DNA of 64,000 nucleotides from Escherichia coli (GTDB lineage Bacteria; Pseudomonadota; Gammaproteobacteria; Enterobacterales; Enterobacteriaceae): NCBI RefSeq assembly GCF_013315695.1, contig NZ_CP054353.1; one strand, 5' to 3'. Shown piece by piece: positions 26,890 to 35,271 of this stretch (position 1 is its first letter; each line of letters starts with the position of its first letter). The notes under the pieces were generated by a model. It saw only the letters and a program-made list of their open reading frames with translations, ran no database searches and was not told where the DNA came from. The position numbers and the translations under genes were made by a program.

Positions 26890-27532
26890 AGGGCAACCGC
26901 CGGCTAGTTTGCAACAGTGGGTGAGAGCAAAACCACGGGATAAAAATGCCAATCAGTGGTTTCAGGAACTTTATGCGCAAAAAAAATGGGATATCGTTGG
27001 CGATCTCAGCCAGCAGTGCGCTCAGGAACAATTTTATCTCTGTGCTTATTGCTGCGATCGCGTGACAGGTACAAACCGCGATACCGTTAATGAACATGTC
27101 GAAGCCAGGGATTTAGCTCCTGCTCGCAGTCTGGAATTCACGAATATCGTTGCAAGCTGCAAAACAAAAGGCCAGTGTGACGACTCGCATAAGAACCAGC
27201 CATTGCTGTTAACGCCGCTTATGCCGGAATGTGAAACCGAGTTTATCTTCAAGATCAGTGGTCGAATTGAAGGGACGACGCCGAGAGCTATCGATGCGAT
27301 TAAGGTACTCAACCTTGGCGATAGTGAACGTAATAATCGGGCATTAATTGAAAAACGTAAGCAGCTTTCCGACAACCTTCTGTGGGCTAATGGCATTGAC
27401 CCTTCAGAGGGGCTTGAGGATGACGATCTGCTGCAAGTGGTTATCGACGAATTACTCACCCCCGTCGACGGTTATCTGGCACCTTTCGCTCCCGTGGTGG
27501 CGAATATTCTAAAAAACTGGATGACCGCATGA
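26873..27532 (+). CDS. HNH-motif nuclease, candidate Septu PtuB-like partner
   Basis: 219-aa ORF with Cys/His-rich HNH-like core (LCAYCCDR ... NEHVEARDLAP ... ASCKTKGQCDDSHKNQ); AGGA Shine-Dalgarno 7 nt upstream of ATG; start sits inside the 3' end of the ATPase gene. Confidence 0.7.
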   Translation: MREITKGQPPASLQQWVRAKPRDKNANQWFQELYAQKKWDIVGDLSQQCAQEQFYLCAYCCDRVTGTNRDTVNEHVEARDLAPARSLEFTNIVASCKTKGQCDDSHKNQPLLLTPLMPECETEFIFKISGRIEGTTPRAIDAIKVLNLGDSERNNRALIEKRKQLSDNLLWANGIDPSEGLEDDDLLQVVIDELLTPVDGYLAPFAPVVANILKNWMTA

Positions 27533-27545
27533 CATAACGGACAAC

Positions 27546-27561
27546 GGGGCCAGATGGCCCC
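27546..27561. terminator. GC-rich hairpin between convergent HNH gene and yfcO
   Basis: GGGGCC-AGAT-GGCCCC, 6-bp stem, 14 bp after the HNH stop and 18 bp before the yfcO stop; weak U-tract. Confidence 0.4.
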
Positions 27562-27578
27562 GTCGTGTGGTGTATGCG

Positions 27579-28424
27579 CTACAGTTCGTTGAGCGTGTAC
27601 TGGAAGCGGCAGGTGGAATCAATGGGCTGGCGGCTGCTGGTATCGACACGCACCACCATGTCATGCAGTCGCTTGTCAGTAATGGGATACGGGTTGGGTG
27701 TGACCGTCACTTGCGAACTGTCACAGCCGGAGGTGGAGAAGGTGATCATCTGCGCCACAAAGCGGCAGTATGCGCCTCGATCGTCCATCACGCTGCCGTC
27801 ACAGAGCTTGCCGCTTTCCATCAAAAAGGTGGGCAGCGTTTTCTCAATCGTTCCGCCCGTCGATGACAATGACAGCACTTTAGAATGGGCAACATAATCT
27901 TCACTCCACGAAATATCATAAGTGGCGACGGGGACAGGGCATGATGAGTTGTGAACTTTGGGGCCGGTATAGGGACCAATACCATCTATCGAAGAGACAT
28001 TGCTGTCAGTATACGTCGAAATCAGCCACGGGCAACCGTGCACCGGACCGTCATAGTACACACCGAGAGGGGCATTATAACAATCCCAATTAGATTTGTT
28101 CGACTGCGCATCATACGCTTCAAGACCAACACACGTAGATTTTGAAGTCGTATTGAACGACTCCATTTTCAGCGTCGGAGCAGTAGAACTCCCTGTCCAG
28201 GACACCAAATCTAAATTCTCGGTTTGAAGCATTATACTGTGTTGTTTATAAACACCAAACTCAACACCGTCAGGAGTCAGTATCTCAAGATAGTAGTGTA
28301 TTTGTGTGAGATAGCCGGAATAGGCTAATGGGGTTATCAGGGTGGCGATTTTTGTGGCCGCCTGTGCCCCCGAACACCCTCCCCCCAATAAAAATATACA
28401 AACTAACGAGCGTAGTATTTTCAT
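27579..28424 (-). CDS. yfcO: DUF2544-type lipoprotein, first gene product of yfc fimbrial cluster
   Basis: Signal peptide plus lipobox-like LLGGGCSG; start placed at the ATG giving MKILRSL (the track ORF starts at an upstream TTG); last gene of the yfcV-to-yfcO operon. Confidence 0.8.
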   Translation of the reverse strand: MKILRSLVCIFLLGGGCSGAQAATKIATLITPLAYSGYLTQIHYYLEILTPDGVEFGVYKQHSIMLQTENLDLVSWTGSSTAPTLKMESFNTTSKSTCVGLEAYDAQSNKSNWDCYNAPLGVYYDGPVHGCPWLISTYTDSNVSSIDGIGPYTGPKVHNSSCPVPVATYDISWSEDYVAHSKVLSLSSTGGTIEKTLPTFLMESGKLCDGSVMDDRGAYCRFVAQMITFSTSGCDSSQVTVTPNPYPITDKRLHDMVVRVDTSSRQPIDSTCRFQYTLNEL

Positions 28425-28425
28425 C

Positions 28426-28953
28426 TTAAATGTACTCAAATGTCGCGGTTAAGGAAGCGGTAAACTCACCCATCGTCACTTCCCGCCCGCTTTTCGCCTG
28501 GAGCCAGGCATTAAAATTCAGATTGTTATTGCCGTTACTCAGCACGAAAGTCGCCCCGCTGGTGTTGTTGATTGGCACCGCCGTTCCGTCGTTTTTTTCC
28601 ATGCCAATCCCGACGCCCTGCGCCGCCGAGGAGGCATCCAGCGCCAGAAAACCGGGCTGTTCACTGTCTTCCGTACCGGTCAGCGTCACCCGGACTTCAT
28701 ACTCGGCTGGCCCTTTACAATCTTTCAGCTGAAACACCACCGGCACCCGCGCCGACTGCCCGGTCACCATCAGGTCTTTACGACTAACGGTGGGGAAATG
28801 CACCTCCGCCAGCGACTCGCCCTGAACCACCAGCGTGCAGGATTTACTGAGTAAATTGCCGTAGAAATGCAGATTGTCTGCCGCCTGCACGTGGGGCATC
28901 AGCAGCACCGCCGCCAGTGCAGCCGCGCGGTGAGATATCCGTTTTAGATTCAT
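28426..28953 (-). CDS. yfcP: fimbrial-like protein
   Basis: 175-aa ORF with signal peptide and fimbrial subunit size; operon context. Confidence 0.82.
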   Translation of the reverse strand: MNLKRISHRAAALAAVLLMPHVQAADNLHFYGNLLSKSCTLVVQGESLAEVHFPTVSRKDLMVTGQSARVPVVFQLKDCKGPAEYEVRVTLTGTEDSEQPGFLALDASSAAQGVGIGMEKNDGTAVPINNTSGATFVLSNGNNNLNFNAWLQAKSGREVTMGEFTASLTATFEYI

Positions 28954-29429
28954 TGGTAATCCACCTGTAATGTTGCGTAGGCAGAAAAGGTTCCGTCGCT
29001 GAGCGCTGCATCATTGGCTTTCACCGGTACGGCTTGCAGCGTTGGCGGAGTTGACGGGTCAATTTTCAACGGTGTTCCCAGCTTAAACGGCTGGCCGTTT
29101 TGCTGTAGCTCAATCCCCAGGCCGCTAACGTCCGTTTCAATGGCGGAATCATCATAAGGGGTTTGGCTGCCCGTCCAGGTCAGGCTCATCTCCCAGGCGT
29201 CGTCGCGCACATCGGGGTCACATGTGATGGTGTAAGGCACATCCTGACGGAAATTATCGCCGTTAATGTTGTCGATAATGACGTTGCGAAACTCAACTTC
29301 GATCGTCTTACCATCGCTGATAGTACAGGCGGGCGGCGAAACCAGCGTGCCGTGAAAAGTAACGTCGTTAATCGCGGCCTGCGCCAGGCCAGCAAAACCG
29401 TAAATTAAGCACCATGCGAGTCGTTTCAT
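28950..29429 (-). CDS. yfcQ: fimbrial-like protein
   Basis: 159-aa ORF with signal peptide; operon context. Confidence 0.82.
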   Translation of the reverse strand: MKRLAWCLIYGFAGLAQAAINDVTFHGTLVSPPACTISDGKTIEVEFRNVIIDNINGDNFRQDVPYTITCDPDVRDDAWEMSLTWTGSQTPYDDSAIETDVSGLGIELQQNGQPFKLGTPLKIDPSTPPTLQAVPVKANDAALSDGTFSAYATLQVDYQ

Positions 29430-29929
29430 TGGTAGTCCACCACCATGGTCATGGTCGCGTTAAACTCTGACGCCATCAGTTGCACACCGCTCTGCTTCAC
29501 CGGAACGGCTTCGAAGTCTGGCTGAGTATTGATGTTGAACGGCAGCCAGCTACCGCTGCCCACGGCTACCAGCGAATGATCGACAGCATTCTGAATACGA
29601 ATGCCAAAACCGCTGATTCCAGTACTCAGCACCGTTTCGCCGTTGATGGTCGTGGTGGTGGCCTGAAGCTGCATTTGCAGGTCGTCGCTGACACTGTTTG
29701 AGCAGTTCAGGGTGTAGCCCACTGGCTGACGGTAGTTGGCACCATCAATGCTTTTAATAATCACATTGCCGAACTCCACCGCGCTTCCCTTTACCGAACA
29801 GGGCGGCGGTCCATCCACCAGCACGCGCAACGTCAAATTGACGATTTTGCCGCCCGCCATTACCGGTGAAACGATCGCGCCACTGGCCAGCAGTAGCGCG
29901 GCAGATCCGGTCAGAAAGAACGCTTTCAT
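29426..29929 (-). CDS. yfcR: fimbrial-like protein
   Basis: Start placed at the internal ATG giving MKAFFLTGSAALLLA signal peptide; the track ORF is extended upstream. Confidence 0.78.
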   Translation of the reverse strand: MKAFFLTGSAALLLASGAIVSPVMAGGKIVNLTLRVLVDGPPPCSVKGSAVEFGNVIIKSIDGANYRQPVGYTLNCSNSVSDDLQMQLQATTTTINGETVLSTGISGFGIRIQNAVDHSLVAVGSGSWLPFNINTQPDFEAVPVKQSGVQLMASEFNATMTMVVDYQ

Positions 29930-29945
29930 GTTGCTTCTCCCGTTA

Positions 29946-30698
29946 TCAACCTTTGCTGCTTTGATCTTCATCCACCTTGCAGGTGTTCCCTTCACAACGG
30001 AAGATCAGCGGCATGCGCGCGCCGTAGTCGTTGATATAGGTCAGCACCGGGGCGCTCGCCATTTTAGCCTTTAACGGTTGTGACGTTTTCGGTGGCATCA
30101 CCAGCGGTTTAAACCCGGCGGCGGTCAGCCCTTTCTTCTGTGTGCTGGCATCGCTGATGATGACGTGGTACGGCGTCGGGTTATTGACGGTATAGTCCTG
30201 GCCGCTGCGCGTGAGTGTGACCTTAAACTGCCACGGTTTTCTCATGTCAATCTTCTCCAGCGCCTTTGGTCGCCAGAACAGCTTGATGCGCGTTTGCAGC
30301 GCAATTTGCAGGGTGTTGGCTTTCCCGGTCTTTGGCGGGATCTCACGCACGTTATAGTAGAACAGGCTTTCTCGGTCGGACGGCAGCGAGTGAATGTCCG
30401 GCAGCGCCTGAATCTTCACCTGGCCGTTCATCATGGCGTCAATACGCTGCACCGGCGGCAGTACCGCCAGCGGCGAGGTGATTTTGTTGCCCTTCTCGTC
30501 TTCCAGCCAGCTTTGCGCCAGGTAAGGCAGCTTTTCGTTGTTGTTACGCAACGTCACGCTGATCGATTTATCGCTTTCGTTAAACACCAGACGGGTGCGA
30601 TCCGGGGTGACCGATGCATGCGCCGTCAGGCTGGCGGTGGTAAGCAGTGCCGCCAGCGCCGTGCTGACGAGCATTGGACAGGATAATTTATAAGACAT
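29946..30698 (-). CDS. yfcS: periplasmic fimbrial chaperone
   Basis: Start placed at the ATG giving MSYKLSCPMLVSTALAALL signal peptide (250 aa); PapD-like chaperone size; sits between usher and subunits. Confidence 0.82.
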   Translation of the reverse strand: MSYKLSCPMLVSTALAALLTTASLTAHASVTPDRTRLVFNESDKSISVTLRNNNEKLPYLAQSWLEDEKGNKITSPLAVLPPVQRIDAMMNGQVKIQALPDIHSLPSDRESLFYYNVREIPPKTGKANTLQIALQTRIKLFWRPKALEKIDMRKPWQFKVTLTRSGQDYTVNNPTPYHVIISDASTQKKGLTAAGFKPLVMPPKTSQPLKAKMASAPVLTYINDYGARMPLIFRCEGNTCKVDEDQSSKG

Positions 30699-30717
30699 TG
30701 ATCGTTCCTTAATCAGA

Positions 30718-33375
30718 TTATTGAGTAGTTGAAATTGACGTCGGCGCTTCCGTTGGTGTGACTTGCCGCGTCTGGTCCTGAATAACAGGCTTAATTTCTG
30801 GCGCTGAAGAATCAGGGGCTGCCGTTCCCTTTTGTTCACACGGCAACAACAGGCCGCTGAACAGATCGGCGGGTAGCGGCTTCGGCAGTACGATCTCGCA
30901 TTGTGCGCTGCCTTCCCAGAACACCGTCATATGCTCACCCGCATTGACCCCCGCCAGATAGACATTGCCTTCATCATCCACAATGCCAACCTGCTGCTGC
31001 TCGTCGTTTTTCACTTCCGCGCCAAACGGCGGGTAGCTGCCGTCACGCAACCGCAGTACCGCCATCGCTTTTTGCCCGCTGATCACTTTGAATTTGCGAT
31101 AGCCAATTGCACCTTCCGTCAGGGTTGCCTGTACCACCGACTGGGTGGCTTCCGCATCTTCTGGCAGGTTGTTTAAATCGATATACGCCTGATTGCGATA
31201 GTAGTTGTTAATATCGGCGACCACCGCCTTGCCAAACATATTGGTGTACACCGGCGCGCCGTTGCTTTCGACCGGCACATTGGCAATCCCGTCGGCGTCA
31301 ATCAGCAAGCGCGTACCGCCCATGCTTTGAGTGCGATGCAGCGCCCCACCATGCGCGGTCAGCGTTGCCCCGCCCTGTAAGGCGATCCCCGCCGAGCGGT
31401 ATTCCCCTTCATGGTAGTTGGCGCTGAGATCAACCTTCGCCAGCGAACCGTCGTGGCTCAGATAACCATCCACGCTGCCGTGCTGTTCGCTGGTACCGAC
31501 GTTAACCTGGTAGTGCGTTGCGTCATCGACGCGCTTAAAGTAACCGACCTGGCTGCTGTCCGACCCACTGCCGTAAGAGCCGTTGTAGGTCACGGTGCTG
31601 CTGTCGCTCCACGGAATGCTCATGCTGAGGTACACCCCCTTATCCGCGTTATCGTCATATTCGTAGCGATAGCCGGTCACCGAGATGCTCATGTTGCGAA
31701 TACTCCCCATATTAAAATAGTGGGAAAACATCAGGTTATAGTTTGTCTGTTCCGGGCGATCCCAGTAAGTACGATGGGAGTAGTTGAGATAGATCGAGAC
31801 ACCCGCAGCGGCAAAGTTCTGGTTATAGGTGATCGTATACATCTCTTTGTCGTTACCGGTCCGCGCCATGTCCGACTGGTTCGCGTCCAGATACTCGCTC
31901 ATGGTCATGAAGTTCTTTTCAGAAAAACGGTAGCCTGCAAAGGTGACGCGGCTGTTGAGTTCGTCAAAGTCTTTGGCATAGCTCACGCGAAAGGAGTTGC
32001 CGTCCAGTTTTCCTTTGCCGTATGCGCTGTCATGATCCAGGTTGACGTGCGAGTGGGTCACATCGAACGCCAGCGCGCCAAACTGTGCGAGGTCGCGCCC
32101 CACCCCCATCGCCGCCGACTGGTAGTGTTCATCTGCCAGCGCGCCACCGTAGAGCGACCAGCCATCTGCCACCCCCCATGACGCTTCTCCACCGGAGAAA
32201 AAGCCGCCTTCGGTCCTGTGGTTCCAGTCTTCCGGACGCCCCATCATCACTTTGTAACGCACCTGCCCCTGGCGCGTGAGGAATGGCATAGATGCGGTGG
32301 TAACGTCATATTCCTGCACCTGACCATTCTGTTCTTCAACGCGGACGTGCAGTGTGCCGGAGACGGAGTCGCCGATATCCTGAATGCGGAATGGCCCGGC
32401 GGGAACCTGGGTTTCGTAAAGTACCCGACCCATCTGGCTAATGGTGACTTTTGCACTGCTGTGCGCCACGCCGGAGACATCCGGCGCATAGCCGCGCAGG
32501 TTGGGCGGCAGCATCTGGTCATCGGTGCTGACGCTGCTGCCAATATAGTTAAAGCCGTCGAAAATATCGGAGTTGAGATAATCTTCACCCAGCGACAGCT
32601 TGGCTTTTAAAGAGGGTAAGGCCCGCCAGGCGTAATAACGGCTCCAGTCCCAGTTTTTGCTCGTTGTACTGTTACTGCTGTCATCGTCTTCGTCGTCGTT
32701 GCTGCGGGTGTGCTGATAATCACTTTGCCAGTCTGCGCGGAAACGCCATGCCCCCAGGTTCGCCCCAACGGTACCGTTGCCGCTGATATCATGTGAGTCC
32801 TCGCCACCCTGCTCCTGATGACGAGTTTGCGCATTGAGGCTGTAGTCGGCAATCAGGCCAGGAATACCGTCGTCCCAGCGTGAGGGTGGGTCCCAGTCGC
32901 TGCTGGTATATTCGAGGTAAGCCTGTGGCACTGTCAGCAGCAACGCCGACTGGCTTAAATCATTCTCGACTTCCATCCCATCTAATTGCCCCGGTTTAAG
33001 GCATTCATCGTTGTGCGTCCACTGCAGGCTTTTTGCTATCCCTTCTTTCAGCCCCAGCGCCGCCACTAACTCAGGTGTCAGGCAGGCATACGTTTTTGTT
33101 GGATCATTTTCAGAGACGTACCAGTTAATGTCGTATTCATCAGAAAGGGGGTGTTTATTTATAAATACACGTAAATTATATTTACCCGCGTCGACATACC
33201 CTTTTTTTGAAAACTTACCGAGATCAATTTTCGTGTCACCCTTTAACTCAAGAAAACGGGGGTCAAATTGAATGGAATCATCAGCCCATGCATTGACTGA
33301 TCCACCAGAGATTGCCAGCGCAATATAGCAGGCGATTCCCCGCAGCCGAAAATTTGAGTGATTAAGCATACACAT
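30718..33375 (-). CDS. yfcU: outer-membrane fimbrial usher, intact
   Basis: 885-aa uninterrupted ORF of usher size with signal peptide; in K-12 as I remember it this gene is split (yfcT/yfcU). Confidence 0.85.
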   Translation of the reverse strand: MCMLNHSNFRLRGIACYIALAISGGSVNAWADDSIQFDPRFLELKGDTKIDLGKFSKKGYVDAGKYNLRVFINKHPLSDEYDINWYVSENDPTKTYACLTPELVAALGLKEGIAKSLQWTHNDECLKPGQLDGMEVENDLSQSALLLTVPQAYLEYTSSDWDPPSRWDDGIPGLIADYSLNAQTRHQEQGGEDSHDISGNGTVGANLGAWRFRADWQSDYQHTRSNDDEDDDSSNSTTSKNWDWSRYYAWRALPSLKAKLSLGEDYLNSDIFDGFNYIGSSVSTDDQMLPPNLRGYAPDVSGVAHSSAKVTISQMGRVLYETQVPAGPFRIQDIGDSVSGTLHVRVEEQNGQVQEYDVTTASMPFLTRQGQVRYKVMMGRPEDWNHRTEGGFFSGGEASWGVADGWSLYGGALADEHYQSAAMGVGRDLAQFGALAFDVTHSHVNLDHDSAYGKGKLDGNSFRVSYAKDFDELNSRVTFAGYRFSEKNFMTMSEYLDANQSDMARTGNDKEMYTITYNQNFAAAGVSIYLNYSHRTYWDRPEQTNYNLMFSHYFNMGSIRNMSISVTGYRYEYDDNADKGVYLSMSIPWSDSSTVTYNGSYGSGSDSSQVGYFKRVDDATHYQVNVGTSEQHGSVDGYLSHDGSLAKVDLSANYHEGEYRSAGIALQGGATLTAHGGALHRTQSMGGTRLLIDADGIANVPVESNGAPVYTNMFGKAVVADINNYYRNQAYIDLNNLPEDAEATQSVVQATLTEGAIGYRKFKVISGQKAMAVLRLRDGSYPPFGAEVKNDEQQQVGIVDDEGNVYLAGVNAGEHMTVFWEGSAQCEIVLPKPLPADLFSGLLLPCEQKGTAAPDSSAPEIKPVIQDQTRQVTPTEAPTSISTTQ

Positions 33376-33449
33376 ATCCGTTTGTGAAACAGTCGTAAAT
33401 CCGTTGCGCGTTGAAAAACCCCACAGCAGAACGCTGTGGGGTTGTCACA

Positions 33450-34016
33450 TCAGAGATAGGTAATCTGGAATGTGGTCAGGGTTTCGAACTGGCCGAGATC
33501 CGGCGCTTCGGTTTCACCCACCAGCCAGGCTTTAAAGTTCAGCGTTTGCTTGTCTTTACCTTTGCTGGTTGAAGCATCCATCACGATTGGCTGAACAATC
33601 TTTTCGCCCACTTTATAACCTTTGCCATGGGTATCGCCGATCACCAGGCTCACATTCTTCATGGCAACACCGCTGTCAACGTTGAATAACGCATAGTTAT
33701 CTGTGTTGGCTGGCCCCGCGTAGTTAGTACCGGTGAACGTGGTCTCCATGTTTGTTTCAGTGGAAAACACGCAGTCCTGTAAACGGATCTGGAAATCTTT
33801 CGGTGTGGTGGTGCCACCGCCGGTCAGTTTAGCCGCACCGATGTCACCCATATCGACTTCCAGTTTGTGATCGTCTGGAACGATAGAGCACGGGGAGTCT
33901 TCAATGGTGCCGTAGAAGCGCGCGGTACCGTTGTTGCCTGCTGCAAATGCAGAACTGGAAACAACTGCGCCCATGACCATCGCCGCAGCAATGGCTGTTT
34001 TGGCAAACTTACTCAT
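33450..34016 (-). CDS. yfcV: major fimbrial subunit
   Basis: 188-aa ORF with signal peptide, first gene of the operon, preceded by a long AT-rich regulatory region. Confidence 0.85.
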   Translation of the reverse strand: MSKFAKTAIAAAMVMGAVVSSSAFAAGNNGTARFYGTIEDSPCSIVPDDHKLEVDMGDIGAAKLTGGGTTTPKDFQIRLQDCVFSTETNMETTFTGTNYAGPANTDNYALFNVDSGVAMKNVSLVIGDTHGKGYKVGEKIVQPIVMDASTSKGKDKQTLNFKAWLVGETEAPDLGQFETLTTFQITYL

Positions 34017-34583
34017 TATTTGTCCTTAAATCATTAAGAGTTATAATATAAACACCTGACATAAAATTAATATATATTATGCCCGATATTTATAGTTAGC
34101 CATTGAACATATACACTCCAATATAATCATAGAATGTAAACAAGTATTCTCTGGTGTGTCTGTATGTTGGTCTTATCTATAAAAAAACTCAATTTAGTAA
34201 TACTTAAACACTTTATGTAGATTTTATTAATTAATACATCTACAAAATACTTTCACCACTTTCCAACAAAAAAACATGCGAATTATCAACAAAAAAACAA
34301 ACTATTATAATCAACAAAAATGAATTGCTTATAAAGCACACTAAAAAAAATTATAATAACCTTACCATCATTTATTGCTAAAATTTAATATTAATTAAAT
34401 CAATAAATATATATTCAAGATACAAAACCATTATCTTCTTTATTTTATTACGGGATTCAATAATGGGAAAATATAATAACTATCGAGAGTTGTTAAATAT
34501 TAACAACATTTAGACAAGAAAAAGAATGATTGTATGACGGAGAAACTGCCCGGTGTACGCGCACGTAACCGGGCATTGATTGC
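34017..34583. promoter_or_regulatory. AT-rich regulatory region upstream of the yfc fimbrial operon
   Basis: About 565 bp of strongly AT-rich non-coding DNA with A-tracts and short direct repeats (ATCAACAAAAA twice); typical of nucleoid-protein-silenced fimbrial promoters. Confidence 0.5.
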
Positions 34584-35069
34584 TTAAATTGCTTTTGCCA
34601 TCTTCAAATTACAAGGGCTCATTTGCCAGTTGAATTGGCCTTTTCCGCTTTCATCAAGCGTTACGCTGGCAATCGCTGACGTGGTAAACATAGGCGGCGT
34701 TTCGCCCGGACATAACTCGGCAACCAGATACCCGACTAAGGGTAAGTGGGAGATCACCAGTACCGAAGCAACACCTTCATTGGTCAACGCCTGCAAATAG
34801 GCACTGACCAGACCAACATCGCCGCAGGGTGTTAACTCCGGCAGAACTTCTGCACTGGAAGGCAGGTTCAGACAATCCCCTACTTCTTCCAGTGTTTGCT
34901 CGGCTCGCAGGAACGGGCTCACCAGAACGCGTTCGATTTCCACTTTTTGACCTTTCAGCCAGTTCGCCATCAGGCGAGATTCGTCACAACCGTTAGTAGT
35001 CAGAGGACGAACCGAATCACTGGCGGCATCGAGGGCTGCGTCGCCGTGACGCATGATAAAAACTTGCAT
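34584..35069 (-). CDS. sixA: phosphohistidine phosphatase
   Basis: 161-aa ORF starting MQVFIMRHGDA (histidine phosphatase RHG motif). Confidence 0.93.
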   Translation of the reverse strand: MQVFIMRHGDAALDAASDSVRPLTTNGCDESRLMANWLKGQKVEIERVLVSPFLRAEQTLEEVGDCLNLPSSAEVLPELTPCGDVGLVSAYLQALTNEGVASVLVISHLPLVGYLVAELCPGETPPMFTTSAIASVTLDESGKGQFNWQMSPCNLKMAKAI

Positions 35070-35271
35070 ATTGCACCGCTTTTGTTAACCAGATTCGCCC
35101 GTTTTCTTTCATCTGAAACCAGAGAAAGAAAACGGTGGCCGGCATTGTGCCTTATCCATTCACCAAATGAAACGCTGTTTTTTACCTCAATGGCGTAAGT
35201 ATAGTCAATATGCGTTTACATTTTGAGCAACACTCCGCCATTCAGCGCGGATTCATATAGCTTTGACCTTC

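Noticed and set aside
26067..27459. 177-aa and 137-aa minus-strand ORFs inside the cassette
   Set aside because: Antisense to the ATPase and HNH genes; serine/arginine-rich, no motifs; the sense ORFs carry clear catalytic motifs.
31411..32181. 256-aa plus-strand ORF
   Set aside because: Antisense within the fimbrial usher gene; shadow ORF.
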